Assembly: GCF_964355755.1 (NCBI RefSeq)
Contig: NC_092674.1
Location: 17,980,001-18,044,000, forward strand
Direction of reading: 5' to 3'
Length of the DNA: 64,000 nt
Source of the DNA: Antedon mediterranea
Lineage: Eukaryota > Animalia > Echinodermata
The translations under genes and the position numbers were made by a program. Below the pieces are notes generated by a model that saw only the letters and a list, made by a program, of their open reading frames with translations, did not search any database and was not told the DNA's origin. Of this stretch, positions 50,572 through 64,000 are shown one piece after another (the stretch's first letter is position 1; each line of letters opens with the position of its first letter).

Positions 50572-53500
50572 TTAATGAAAATATTGTCGCGTAGCGTAAC
50601 TACGCGCGATTTTCTGAAATTCTTAGATTGACTATAACTTGAAAACCAATAGCTATTTTTAAATACCACTTGAAACACGTATGCTTCATGTCAAGGTTCA
50701 TCTTCCTGTATCATCAGCAAAATTTTGAACATTGGTCAAATCGCGCGTACGCGCGCTTTGAAAGTTAAAAATGCTCAAAATCAATTTCTAATCAACTTTC
50801 TACACGTTTCAGGACATTTTAAGCATTTCACAATTTTCAAAAAAATTTGCGTTGCGCGCGCGCTTTTGCGCACTTCGCTCGTACGCAGCATAGAAAGCCC
50901 GTTTTTGGGCTTGATTATTGTTTTTCATAGTTTTATGATATATTTCTTTCACATTTGATGAATTATGAATGCAAAATAATGACACACGTGCACGTCAAAC
51001 TTTAAAAATCGTGCGCTTGAAAATTGGTAATTTTATGCAAATTTGTGTAAAAATATGCCTATTTTGAATCGATTATAGCTCGCCGGTGACTGGTGACCCC
51101 CAATTTTTTTAACTTAATATGTATTGTAAGCAGATATGTTGTAGATATGAATTCATGCAAAATTTTTACCTCTGGGCTGTTGTGACGTCATCATATGGCC
51201 ACACAAATGTAAAATATAGGGATTTTGTCTCTTTCGACACAGTTCGTCACATTCAATAGAGCGCATACCGCGTAAACGTTATCAATTTTCTTCCAATTTT
51301 CAATATTCTATTACTAAAACAATTCCTCTTTAGACTTATGAACTTTTTTTTAATTTGAAAAGGTCATCATTTTCAAACAATTGAATAAACGTGAGTGGTG
51401 TAAAATAAAAAATAACCATTAACTAAACCGTTTACAATGCTAATACCGTCAACTGTTGACACTTACTGAACGATTTTGATGCATTCCAGCTGTTCGTTAC
51501 AATCGTTGTAGTGCAGCCTATAGACTAAGCATAATAAATAACATGTGCGTGTTACGATGCGTTGGGCGATAGCCTAACTCATCAACGTGACGAGTTCAAA
51601 TCTAGTTCTTTTTTTTTTCTATCTTATTAGTTATCCGCTTAGTAGCGGATAACTCCTTGTAATCGTCCTGTTTCATCATATTTTTTTTTCTGTATTATAC
51701 TTCTTTCCTTCTGTCATTTTTGTGCGTCGCGTTTCTCTGAAACGTGTAAACAGAACATATCGTAACTTTGTCAACATATCGACATTTACGTGAACTTGTG
51801 CACCTCCTATTTTTGAATGACGTCAGAGTTGCGCAACATGACTTACGCGCGATTTTATGAATTTCAATGATTGATCATAGACTAAAAACCAAACATAATT
51901 TTGTTTTGACACTTTGTGAAAATTTAAGTCACATCAAGCGCAAACTTTCTATGGATTAAAAATAGCATCTTTCACAAAAAGTTACGCGCGCACGCGCGTT
52001 TAAAATTTTAGAGTGCGAAAAATCAACTTCTAATCAACTTTCTATGCGTTTCATGTCATTTTGAGCATGTCAAAAATTCCCACGCGCGCGAAACTTTTTA
52101 CGCACGCGGTGCACACGTAGCGTTAAAAACATATTTTTTTCGCGTGATTTATGTTTTTTCAGCCTTTTATAGTAATGTTACCAACTTTTAAACAATTTCG
52201 ACTTAAAATTACGTCATACGAGCACGTCGAATTAAATAATTTGCACGCGTTTCTGGTGAAAAAGTTCAAAAAATCGTCAAAATTATGCCTATTTTTAAAC
52301 AGTCATAGATTCTAAACTACATGGAGAACTTTTTTTTAATTACATATTCTGGAAGTTGATGAGTTGTAGATATCGAATCATGCATTAATATGGCTAACCG
52401 GACATTGTAACGTCATCGTATGGCCACGCAAATATAAAATATAGGATTTTTGTCTCTTTCGTCATAGTTCATCACATTTAATAGAGCGCATCTCCACTTA
52501 TTCGTTGTCCATTTTCACCCCGATTTTAATATATTCTAGGTCAATCAACTATCTTTTGCATGAATTAAAAATTCATCAATATTTCACGTATTCAAATTTC
52601 TTCTACACGTTAATATGTTGTTGCTGAGATAATTTCATTCTGAAATTTCTACTTTTGCATTTCATTTTGAAACCGTCAAGATGTTAAAAATTACAATAAA
52701 ATACGGGTCCCGTAATTTCACCTATTTTACACTGTTTGTGATATGTATACAGATTGTACTGTGTATACTATGTATATGACACAAAATAACAGAATTCAGA
52801 AATAACAACATATCATATTCTTCAGTTCAGGTCATAATGCCTTAATATTTTTCTGTGTGCAATATTCTAACGTATGACGTGCACGTGGCGTTTGTCGAGC
52901 GGATAACTAACTCGTCAAAGTGACGAGTTTCATGTCTAGTTCTTCTTTCTTTCCACGAATTTTGTTCGCAGGGTATCTCTAATTCTGGCCAACATAAGAT
53001 TGTATAACTTTGTCATAAGATTCACCTATAGCTGTAGATTTGCAGCCAAGCTTTTCGACGATATCGGAGTTGCGCAGCGTAAGTTACGTGCGATTTTATG
53101 AATTTCAATGATTGATCATAGATTAAAAACCAAAAGTCATTTTGTATTGAAACTTGTTGAAAATTTAAGTCATATCAAGCGCAAAATTTCTATGGATAAA
53201 AAATGGAAGGTTGCGCATAAAGTTACACGCGCACGCGCGTTTAAAATTTCAAAATGCGAAAAATCAACTTCTAATCAACTTTCTACGCGTTTCATGTCAT
53301 TTTGAGCATTTCAAAAATTCCCACGCGTGCGCAATTTTTTACGCGCGCGTACGCACGTGGCGCAAAAACATCTTTTTTTGGCTTGATTTTTGTTTTTTCA
53401 GCCTTTTATAGTAAATATACCAATTTTCAATCAATTCGGACTTAAAATCACGTCATACGAGCACGTAGAATTGAACAATTTACGCACGTTTTTGATGAAA

Positions 53501-55592
53501 AAGTTCAAAAATTCGTGAAAATTATGCCTTTCTTTAAAAAGTCATAGATTCTAAACTCCGTGGTTAACATTTTCAAAATTTCAGATTCTGGAAGTAGATG
53601 AGTTTTAGATATCAAATCATGCATCGATATGGCTAAGCGGACATTGTGACGTCATCGCATGGCCACTCAAATATAAAATATAGGATTTTTGTCTCTTTCG
53701 TTATTGCTCATCACATTCAACAGAGCGCATCTCGCTTATACGTATTCCATTTCCCCAGAGATTTCAATATTGTCTACGTTAATCAACTATCTTTCGCAGG
53801 AGTTAAAATATTTTAATTTTTTTGACGTCATCATGTCTAAAAATGTAAACAACGTGGGTCACATATTTTCATCTTTACAGTAAATTTTAATCTGTTATAT
53901 CTCGTCAGAATAAAAAGTGATAATCATGATTTAAACGTTTTCTGGAAGTCATTGAATTGTAGATACGAATTCATGTAAATATTTTGCCAACCAGATGTTG
54001 TGACGTCATCATATGGCCAGTTGAATAAAAAAAGTCGTATTTTCATCCTATGCGTCAAAGTTCATTGCGTTTAAACGAGAGCGCATCTCACTTTTACGTT
54101 CCCAAAATTCTTCAAATTTGTTTTAATGTAATTATTTAGATAATTATCTTCTAAAGTAGTTATCTTTATATGTCAATTTGATGATGTCATCGTGTTAATA
54201 ATTGGATTTAATAGATGGGTCTCGTAATTCCGTCTATGCTACACTGTATATAACATACAGTTTATTCTGTAAAATACTGTAATATGGTGTATGCTACATA
54301 ATAGGTACAATTCAGCACTGTAAACATTTTTATTTCATGTCAAAGGATGGCATAATAATTGTCGAGGTTCATATAGTTTAAAGTACGTGCATGTTGCGTA
54401 TGCGCGGATAACCCGAACTCGTCAAAGTGACGAGTTCAAATCTAGTCTGCATTATACTTCTTTCCTTCTGTCATTTTTGTGCGTCGCGTTTCTCTAAAAC
54501 TTGTAAACAGAACATATCGTAACTTTGTCAACATATCGACATTTACGTGAACTTGTGCACCTCCTATTTTTGAATGACGTCAGAGTTGCGCAACGTGACT
54601 TACGCGCGATTTTATGAATTTCAATGATTGATCATAGACTAAAAACCAAACATAATTTTGTTTTGACACTTTTTGAAAATTTAAGTAATATCAAGCGCAA
54701 ACTTTCTATGGATTAAAAATAGCATGTTTCAGAAAAAGTTACGCGCGCACGCCCGTTTAAAATTTTAGAATGCGAAAAATCAACTTCTAATCAACTTTCT
54801 ATGCGTTTCATGTCATTTTGAGCATGTCAAAAATTCCCACGCGCGCGAAAATTTTTACGCACGCGGTGCACACGTAGCGTTAAAAACATATTTTTTTCGC
54901 ATGATTTATGTTTTTTCAGCCTTTTCTAGTAATGTTACCAAATTTTAAACAATTTCGACTTAAAATTACGTCATACGAGCACGTCGAATTAGATAATTTG
55001 CACGCGTTTTTGGTGAAAAAGTTAAAAAATTCGTCAAAATTATGCCTATTTTTAAACAGTCATAGATTCTAAACTACATGGAGAACTTTTTTTTAATTAC
55101 ATATTCTGGAAGTTGATGAGTTGTAGATATCGGATCATGCATTAATATGGCTAACCGGACATTGTGACGTCATCGTATGGCCACGCGAATATAAAATATA
55201 GGATTTTTGTCTCTTTCGTCATAGCTCATCACATTTAATAGAGCGCATCTCCACTTATTTTTGTCCATTTTCACCCCGATTTTAATATATTCTAGGTCAA
55301 TCAACTATCTTTTGCATGAATTAAAAATTTTTTAATTTTTTTAACGTCATCATGCCTAAAAATTTAAATTACGTTGGTCATTAATTTCATCTTCACAGTA
55401 AATTTTAATCTGTTATACCTCGTAAGAATAAAATGTGATAATCACGATTAAAACGTTTTCAGGAAGCTATTGTATTGTAGATACAAAATCATGTGTAAAT
55501 TGTGCCAATTGAATGTTGTGATGTCATCATATGGCCAGTTAAATAAAAAAAGTCGTATTTTCATCTTTTGCATTATATTTCATTACCTTTAA

Positions 55593-56440
55593 CCCTTTCA
55601 CTGCGGAGCATTATTCCCACCTCTGTGCGTAATGTATATTTAAGAAAAACATATGGTATTTTAATAAATTGCAAAAAAATACTAATTGAGATAATTGTGT
55701 AATTATTTTTGTGGTGTGTGATGGGCAAAGGGTTAGTCTACAGTTAGGTATAAAAAAAAATGTAATTTGCATATTGATGACGTCATGTGACGTCATTATA
55801 GGTATTTTGGATTTCGTGTTTTTTATCGAATCAATGATAAAAACTATATTTTCAAAAAGAAATTCTTATGGAATACGTTTTTCCAACTGGATATTGATAA
55901 AGATACGTATAACAAATAAAAATATAACAAAAAAATTGAATTATTTTTATTATTTTATAAAAATTATGCACAAATCAAAGTTTTGGGGCAAAATCATGAA
56001 AATAATGACATTTCCCAAAAATTCACTATAGTACAAAACTAACTATTGTTTCAGAATTTTTTTTTTTTGCGTGTTGTGATAAACACAATGTTGCCCTATT
56101 GGGGCTGGTAAATTTTGGTTACTTTCAAAATGGCCGCCATTACGCTACTCAAAACAACTTTCTATACTATTATATACACTATACTATATATAATATAACT
56201 ATAGAGGGCGCATGATTTTCAAGACAATAATACAGCTATAGAGGGTCGTTTTTTTTGCTGGAAAATTTTTTTAATGACTTGCAAAAATATTCAAGTTCAT
56301 CGAACAAATATAGAGGGTGCTATATATTATAGGCAAATACGATTAAATCATTGTTTTGCCCATACCCGGTATTACCGGGTATACGCACTTCAACGACGTT
56401 TGTTTATACCCGGTAGTACCGGGTATACGCAGTGAAAGGG
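55593..56440. mobile_element. piggyBac MITE inside Helentron A
   Basis: TTAA|CCCTTTCACTGCG .. CGCAGTGAAAGGG|TTAA: perfect 13-bp TIRs and TTAA TSD. Confidence 0.85.
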
Positions 56441-57723
56441 TTAAAAGAGCGCGCATCAATATTTCACGTATTCAAATTTCTTCTACACGTTAATATGTTG
56501 TTGCTGAGATAATTTCATTCAGAAATTTCTACTTTTGCATTTCATTTTGAAACCGTCAAGATGTTAAAAATTACAATAAAATACGGGTCTCGTAATTTCA
56601 CCTATTTTACACTGTTTGTGATGTATACAGATTGTACTGTGTATACTATATGACACAAAATAACAGAATTCAGAAATAACAACATATCATATTCTTCAGT
56701 TCAGGTCATAATGCCTTAATATATTTCTGTGTGCAATATTCTAACGTATGACGTGCACGTGGCGTTTGTCGAGCGGAAAACTAACTCGTCAAAGTGACGA
56801 GTTTCATGTCTAGTTTATATAGAGATTAGTGTAAACAGGAGAATTATTGACTGTAATAATAGTTGAATGTTTTATGACCTAGGAATCATTGTCTGGCAAA
56901 ACACTCTCTTTGTCAGCATTTCGAAATTCACGTAATCAGTCAAAATACGTTCAAATCGACTACCCTGGCAGATTACATGTTTTTGCATTTTCAAAATATT
57001 TCAATATTTAAGCATTGCATGTGTTGCTATGGCGCATCATCGCAATAACTAACTTTATTGGTTAACACGCTAGATGTTATACGCTCTATGCGCGGAAATA
57101 AAAAAGTTTACATTTTTGTGAGGTCAATTTCATTATACACACAGCATGTCGTAAATTGGAATAAAAGCGATTTTAATATTCAAAGTAAAGTGTTCTGCAA
57201 TAGCTGTAACCTGTATTTGTTTATTCTATAGTAAAATAGAAGTCAAAAACAATTCACGTCATAATTCAATTGTATTTTCTATTTTTTTTTTTGGGCTAGA
57301 CCTTATTTTTATTTTGGATGTAGGCCTACTGGGCCTAACTTATTATTGTCAATAAATAGTTTTATTTATACATTTTATATATCCAATCGGCTCTTAATTA
57401 TTTATTTAATTTATTGTCCAGTCCTTTTAATATTACATGTTTTTTTCATTGGATTCAAGCCAAAACATCACAATTTCATTGCAAACTTCAAACGCGATTT
57501 TCTTGTAACTAATGATTTGTAAGTTTTAAGTTTTTAAAATGTAATAACTAAATATTTAGTTAGTTATTTAAATATTTACTCAATTTTTACGAAATAAACA
57601 CCATTGCAAAGCTTATGATTCAAATAATCCAAATATATAAAAAAATACAAAATGAATATTTCCCACAAAAGTAGGGTTTTGCCAGATCGGGTCACATATA
57701 AAATAAAATACAGTTTACAGTAC

Positions 57724-57870
57724 CTTGAAAACATTGCCATTTGAAAAAAAGAAAGTTCCATAACCTTCTTTTTTATCCATATAGAACATTCCTTCAAACT
57801 TCATATTTTCTGGCCATATGTAAATACCATAACCATGACGATAGTCTTTGTAATATGAGCCCTCATAAAT
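57724..57870 (-). CDS. ANKMY1: ANKMY1-like gene, exon B (MORN repeats)
   Basis: 147 bp, phase 0/0, bounded by ttccag|ATT and AAG|gta. Encodes IYEGSYYKDYRHGYGIYIWPENMKFEGMFYMDKKEGYGTFFFSNGNVFK, continuing exon A in frame. Confidence 0.9.
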
Positions 57871-58799
57871 CTGGAATTCATAAAACATTTCACTAAATTT
57901 TGTTGATAGTGTTACTGTATACTGTCGCTTAGTTAATTCAAAACTCAACTGTAGTCTGTCTGTATGTACGTACACGTATGCACATGCGCATTACTTGATC
58001 AGCTTAGCAGTATTATTCTTTTGAAACCTACATTCTGTTATCAACTATGATTCTGCTGGGGCGGATCCAGTAATTCGTTTATTGAGGTTATGAACTTAAG
58101 ACTATATGCCCTTTCGAAAGTTACAGGTATTGATAACTGAGATAGGTACGCGCATTTTCCCACCCTACACTTGGCTAATCAAATTTCTCACAAACCCAAA
58201 TAAACTCTTCAAATTTTTATCAGTTATGAAGTGGATGTGCGGTTAGTTTTGGGAAAAATGCAGATACATATATTGTTATCTTCAAATTTTATTATTTTTA
58301 AAGTATAAATCTGTATTGTTATTTCAAAACAAAAAAAAACATACAAACAATGGTACCAAAATTAGCATTTTCATTATGTATGGTATAATTGATATGGACA
58401 ATTGTAATAATAGCTTCAAAATGATACCAAATCACTGGATGCTTTAAGGTAACTGTACAAATACGATTTTCCTGTAAAATCATTAAAAAAAAATCCCGGA
58501 AGATAGGTAAAAGCACATGACAAATTAAATTAACATTGTGACTGATAACATGCAGATAGATAAAGCAAAATGGCCACTGCTGGACAGTATGCAATGTTTC
58601 CTGTTTCTTTCATTGTATTTTGCTTATTCTTAATGCTAAACTATCTGTTAGTGCACTACATCCACAATGGACTACTGATACAATTTTAGGAAAGTTTCAA
58701 CCGGATAGTATGTACATGGAACCTGTAATTTTATGTGAAAAGCTAGGCCAGGATATGCTTAATCATAGCAAGAATGCACCCAACCTTACTGCGGCAGGT

Positions 58800-61700
58800 G
58801 GTATGGTGATGCCTATATATCGGAGTTCCAGTTCAACCGGCCTAGGCCTAGAATTTCATTGTACTTTCGTGAGTTATACCTTCAACATAGTTATAGCTTT
58901 CCGTGGTCAACTATACTATGGCTTCTGCCCGGTTGTTGTTGCTGGAATTATTAGATCAAAACAGAAACGTAGATTTCTCGGGAAAGCTATTTCGTATTAC
59001 TCAAACGATGTACGTATGTTCTATGTCGAGATCACCTTGTGCGGAGACATAGAACTTAATCTAGGGCCTAGTGCCTTGAACAACAGAAAGCAGAAGGATG
59101 CAATAACAGTCTACTACCAAAATGTTAGAAGTGTTAAAAACAAAATGGAGACATACAAATCAGAGTTGCACAGTCATATGTTTACTAAATATTTAGACAT
59201 GATAGCCCTTACTGAGACATGGCTAAATGACACTGATACTGTTCATGATTTGGTACCTATTTTTAAACCCAAAAGAAAATTACCTCCTTGGTTCGACAAT
59301 GAATTGTACGGTGCACTTAAGCTTAAAGACCCCTTCCCTGCAATTTTGGACGTTTTTTGGAAAATAATACATATATATCACTTTAAAAACATTAAACCAT
59401 GTCATTCCTTGTCTTAAATGTACGTTTTATGGTAAATTATGATAAAAAGTGAGAAACAATGCACTACCTAAGTAGCTCGCGGCGATCGACCTCTCGTGGA
59501 CGGTCTTAGGCCTAGCCTAGCTAGGCTTAGTTTTGTAGGCCTAGCTGGTAAACATCGGTAACGTACGAACATCGTACGCGAGCTATATACCTAGCCTGAC
59601 GTTGTATAGTTGCTGCATTAATTGTCTTTCTATTTTTGCCAGACTCCGTTGATACAAATTGGGGAAAACCCGGTATTTTCGCTGAAAAGTTAGGAGTCTT
59701 CCATTTGTTTTGGCCTCACGATCGATCGAAAAGTGGGCGAATTACAGGTGAAAAACAAAAATATAAATCCGCGCGCAATGCATTTTGGGATTTATAGCGG
59801 GCCGCTATAATTATTAGAATCGACTTATTTTTCACATTTTTAACCGTTTAAAGACGAAAAAAGTTATCACAATAGGACCATATAGTATTATTTTTACATT
59901 AAATATAGTTTGTGATCTTAAATTAGATCTAAAAAACGTAGGGAATGGGGCTTTAAAGAGCCTTATTTTAAAGATAAGAAAAGAAATGGTAATCGGATGA
60001 ACATTGAGAATTTTCGTTTTGCAAGATCTAATTTTAAGAAGTTATGTAATTTTAAATATTGTAAATATGTTGATTCTTTATGTCGTGATGTTGTAAATAA
60101 TCCCAAACGATTTTGGTCATGGCTCAGATCTTCCCGTAAGTCTTCAAGTATTCCTTCTGAGCTTCATTTTAGTAGTCAATCTGCACATTTGCATTTAATT
60201 GTTTTTTTCATTCTGTTTACAGCTGTAACGACGGAGTTCAGGACCATCCGAATCTCCCTGAATATCCCATTGACAGTTTTAATTTTGTAAAGATTGAACA
60301 AAATGAAATTAACGTACATAAAGCCTCGGGTTGTGATGGCATCAGCAATGTTATGTTATCTTTGGCTTCTCAGCCTCTTTCTATACCTTGTAAGAAATTA
60401 TTTGAAAGATCTCTTAATGAAATGTGTTACCCAGACATTTGGAAGAAAGCTAGTGTCTGTCCCATCCATAAGGGGATCTCCAAATCTGATGTTAAAAATT
60501 ACAGACCTATTTTGTTAATACCTTCGTTGTCCAAGATTTTTGAAAGAATTATCCATGATCAAATCTTTAGCCATGTCTGTTCAGTTATTACTGACAAACA
60601 ACATGGATTTTTTCCAGGCAGGTCATGTGAGACTAATCTTTCAGTCCTTTTGTCACATGCTTACTCTGCTATTGATTCCAAAAAGCAATGTGAAATCATC
60701 TACACAGATACAGTATGGCTAAAGCATTTGATCGAGTCCCACACAATTTTTTAGTTTATAAACTTCCTTGGTAAGTATGGTTTTTCTAATAATCTTATTT
60801 CATTTATTTCCAGTTACCTTAATAGACACCAGAAAGTTACAATTGACGGTTGCTCATCTGAATGGCTTCCTGTTTTGTCTGGAGTCACACAAGGTTCTAT
60901 TTTGGGTCCTCTTTTCTTTACTATGTTTATTAATGATTTTTCTTCTGTTCCACATCATTCTAATTTTTTATTATTTGCTGATGACATTAAACTTTTTCAG
61001 ACTATTTCAACTGATAATGATATGTTGCTTCTGCAGGCAGCTTTGGATAGTCTTGTTCACTGGTGTCACAACTGGGGTATGTCTGTTAATGTCTCCAAAT
61101 GTAAATCTATGTCTGTTACTCTAAAGAAAAAACCCATTCAATTTGATTTCAAGATTGATAATATTGTTCTTGAAACAGTTTCTGTTCATAAGGATTTAGG
61201 CGTTATGATTGATTCTTCTTTAAATTTTTGTAAACATGTTGATTATGTTGTAGCTAAGAGTAACAGGTAGCTAAGAGTAACAGACTCCTTGGATTCATTT
61301 GGAGACATTGCAGACATATAAATGATAGTAAGGCATTGATTCTTATGTATAAATCTTTAGTTCGGTCTAATCTTGAGTTTTGCTCTGTTATTTTTAATTC
61401 AATTTCTTCTTCTCAGTCTATTAGGTTACAACGTGTTCAAAATAAATTTTGTATGTTTTATTTTGCTACTTTGAATTGCCCCGTGTGGGATGATTAAAGA
61501 ATTTTGAATTGAATTGAATTGAATTTCCATAAATTTGGTCAAAATCCCGAGTTAGCTTTACTTAAAGATAGAAGGAATATATTTGATTTAATTTTCTTGT
61601 ATAAATGTATGAACTCTGTTGTTGTTGGTAACTTTATTTCTTATTTTAAACTTTCCGTTCCTGTTTATAGATTAAGAAATCCTGGTTTTTTTTTGTTCCA

Positions 61701-61990
61701 CTGGAAAGGGTTAAAGTAACTAGGGATGGTTGGATCTGTCGTCTTCCTAGATTGTTTAATTCTATTTGCTATTGTAATCTGTTTATTGATATTTTTTGTG
61801 ATACTATTTATTTTTTCGTTGTAAGATTACTGTTGCTATTACATCTATTTAATTCCTTTTTTTTATGATAATTTGCTTTGGTATTGAAATACCTGTAATT
61901 TTAGCTAATTGTGTTGTTTAATTAATTATCTATATAAATTATATTTATTGATTCAATCCTGTTGGAAGAAGATGAAATAAAATAAAAAAA
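58800..61990 (+). mobile_element. CR1-clade LINE, decayed, with internal deletion in the APE domain
   Basis: CGDIELNLGP, YYQNVRS, IALTETWL, PPWF, NYRPILL, QHGFFPGRSCETNL, GVTQGSILGP, LFADDIK and an A-rich tail near 61975-61990. The 5' limit is approximate. Confidence 0.85.
59327..59952. mobile_element. Kolobok-like MITE inside the CR1
   Basis: TTAA|AGACCCCTTCCCTGC .. GTAGGGAATGGGGCT|TTAA: AG..CT termini with TTAA TSD. Confidence 0.7.
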
Positions 61991-63605
61991 TCGTGCCTGC
62001 ATTATTACCGGCATATCTATTCACATGTGACTATCGTGTCAGGAATATAACCAGTATACCAACTTCTAATAAGGTCGAGGTATATCCTGCCAATAAATGT
62101 CTTTTAAAATACTATTTGTTGAGGGCATCCTTTATTATGTTTACAGTATTCCCAGCAATTCTGGTGACGAATTTAATTCTAAAGATTGTAGTCTTTTTAT
62201 TGTTTGTTTATGCAATATATGCTATGTACCCTTTTTTCATCACTTGCTTGTTACTTCTTTTAAAGTTTTCAGCAGGAAGTTTTAAAACAATGGAAGCATA
62301 ATACGTGGGCCTCCTCAAACAATCAATACACTTGACTGCACAAGATGTCACAGCACACGGGGATATAACAGCTTTCGTTGTCACAGATTGCCCGTCTCGC
62401 ATTGGAGTAATATTCCTAGTAATATTATTGGTGTTGAGCAGGTCTCGTTGATGCCATTCTAACAGAAAACCATACCGTATATTCCTGGCACACAGTGGGC
62501 TTCAGAGTCACGAGGATTTCATTTAAACTTTTTTCATCTTTTCTTTAGCACATTTTTGAGCATTTTTATTTCATGTTTATGACAGAACACTTCACAAAAC
62601 AGTTTTCTTAAAGCTGAGTTCTGTCTGATAAAAAATGTGTTCATGATGTGTGTACTGTATGTGATCAATTTGATTGGCCAAGGGTGGGCGGGAGTGTGTG
62701 TACCGATCTCAATTATCAATACCTGAAACTTTCGAATGCTCTTAAGTTCGTAACCTCAATAAACGAATTACTAGATCAAGTAATGCGCATGTGCATACAT
62801 GTACATACATACAGACAGACTACAGTTGAGTTTTGAATTAAATAAGCGACAGTATTATAACACTATCAGGAATGAAATACAATCGTGACCAAACCACTCT
62901 TAATAACACATCCTGAACTCATCATCAGACCAACAAGAACACACTTAAACTACCAGAGAAGGATAAAGACTATAATGGAATCAGAGATAAACAAAGAAAA
63001 TGCTGAATGTGAACATTGTTGATATGAAAAAAAATTTAACAAATGATTTATCAAGCAAGTATACAAAGCAAATGTAGCCTAATTTTCTGCAGCAATATTC
63101 ACAGGAATAGAGAGGAGATCAGCTGTCATGGGTCACTCATCACAATAGAATTCACACTTGCATCAGTTCCTTTGGATCGCAATTGAAAAAAGACATGTAA
63201 ATGTGGTATCACTATCAGAGTGTAAAATTAAATTGTATACATATTTCACCTTAAGATAATAAATTGAGGGTGGGTCCCAGAAATTTAAGGATGGCATCAG
63301 AAAGAAACTATGTATTGTTATGCGGGCCTTGCTAGCATTGCAAGATGTACTGTAGAAATTGTGCAAGCTGCGCTGAGTTACCAAATTGCCTTGATACCAC
63401 ATACTTAATAGACCTTTATTGAGACGATGCTTTAAATACAGTAAGTGTCTTGTTCCTAGACTGTTGACGGCAAAAACATGGAGTTTTTTGGGGTAATTTT
63501 AGGGCATATTTTAAGGCTGCGTGGAGATGCTTAAAACTGGCTTTAGACTCGACCCTGCATAATTACATCCCCAAACAATATAAAAGTACAATCAATTTTA
63601 TCTAC

Positions 63606-63896
63606 CTCGCCATTCGCCCACTCATGGTAGCCATTTCCATGTCTGGTATCCTTTAGAAAATCTCCTTTATAATATGACCCATCACTCCAATCCTGCCTTC
63701 CTCTTCCTTGGCGTTCATTATGTAGATATTCACCTTCATACTTATCACCAGATGGCCATAAAAATATGCCAACACCTGATTTTGTCTTATTTTGATAGCT
63801 ACCAGAGAAAGAATCCCCACTGATCAAGTTTTCTTGCCTAGTAGCACTTTTTAGATGAGCAAACATGAATTCCAGTGACATAATTTCTTTCAATAT
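63606..63896 (-). CDS. ANKMY1: ANKMY1-like gene, exon A (MORN repeats)
   Basis: FSGSYQNKTKSGVGIFLWPSGDKYEGEYLHNERQGRGRQDWSDGSYYKGDFLKDTRHGNGYHEWANGE are tandem MORN repeats. Donor GAG|gtaga (GT at 63605-63604), phase 0. Acceptor tattag at 63897-63898 is less certain. Confidence 0.85.
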
Positions 63897-64000
63897 CTAA
63901 TAATATAAAGTTTAAAATTTAGAAGGAAAGATCAATAAAACATAGTAAACAAGAAATATTTCTTACAAAAAAACGCTGCTCGACTTTTTGACGCAACAGT

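Larger units (their letters stand above)
49049..56815 (+). mobile_element. Nested cluster of four Helentron-like non-autonomous elements (A 49049-56815, B ~49116-54446, C ~49171-51606, D ~51627-52941)
   Basis: Each has a 5' palindrome whose arm recurs before a 3' hairpin AACTC(G/A)TCA-nnn-TGACGAGTT and terminal CTAGT. A and D share near-identical bodies (51690-52940 vs 54447-56815). Confidence 0.8.
57904..62868. mobile_element. Unclassified TIR element with ~95-bp inverted ends, containing a CR1 insertion
   Basis: 57904-58000 is the reverse complement of ~62774-62868 (..AATTCAAAACTCAACTGTAGTCTGTCTGTATG..GCATTACTTGATC). TSD unclear. Confidence 0.65.

Overview
AT-rich eukaryotic (probably marine invertebrate) genomic DNA, not prokaryotic. 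Four minus-strand exons of an ANKMY1-like host gene (MORN repeats, then ankyrin) span the window, and their introns are largely filled with nested transposable elements. These include a decayed Tx1/L1 LINE, a Penelope remnant, three Academ-type elements (TAG..CTA ends, 3-bp TSDs), an apparently intact BEL/Pao LTR retrotransposon, L2 and CR1 LINEs, Gypsy/DIRS/RTE remnants, a Deu/Nin-type SINE, piggyBac/Kolobok/hAT/TcMar MITEs and four nested Helentron-like elements. The most unusual object is an ~8.7-kb TIR element (20236-28911). It carries a spliced, now pseudogenised RAG1/Transib-like DDE transposase fused to a BRCT domain and an HMG box, plus a 42-bp higher-order tandem array. All calls come from manual reading and motif recall; no database search was run.
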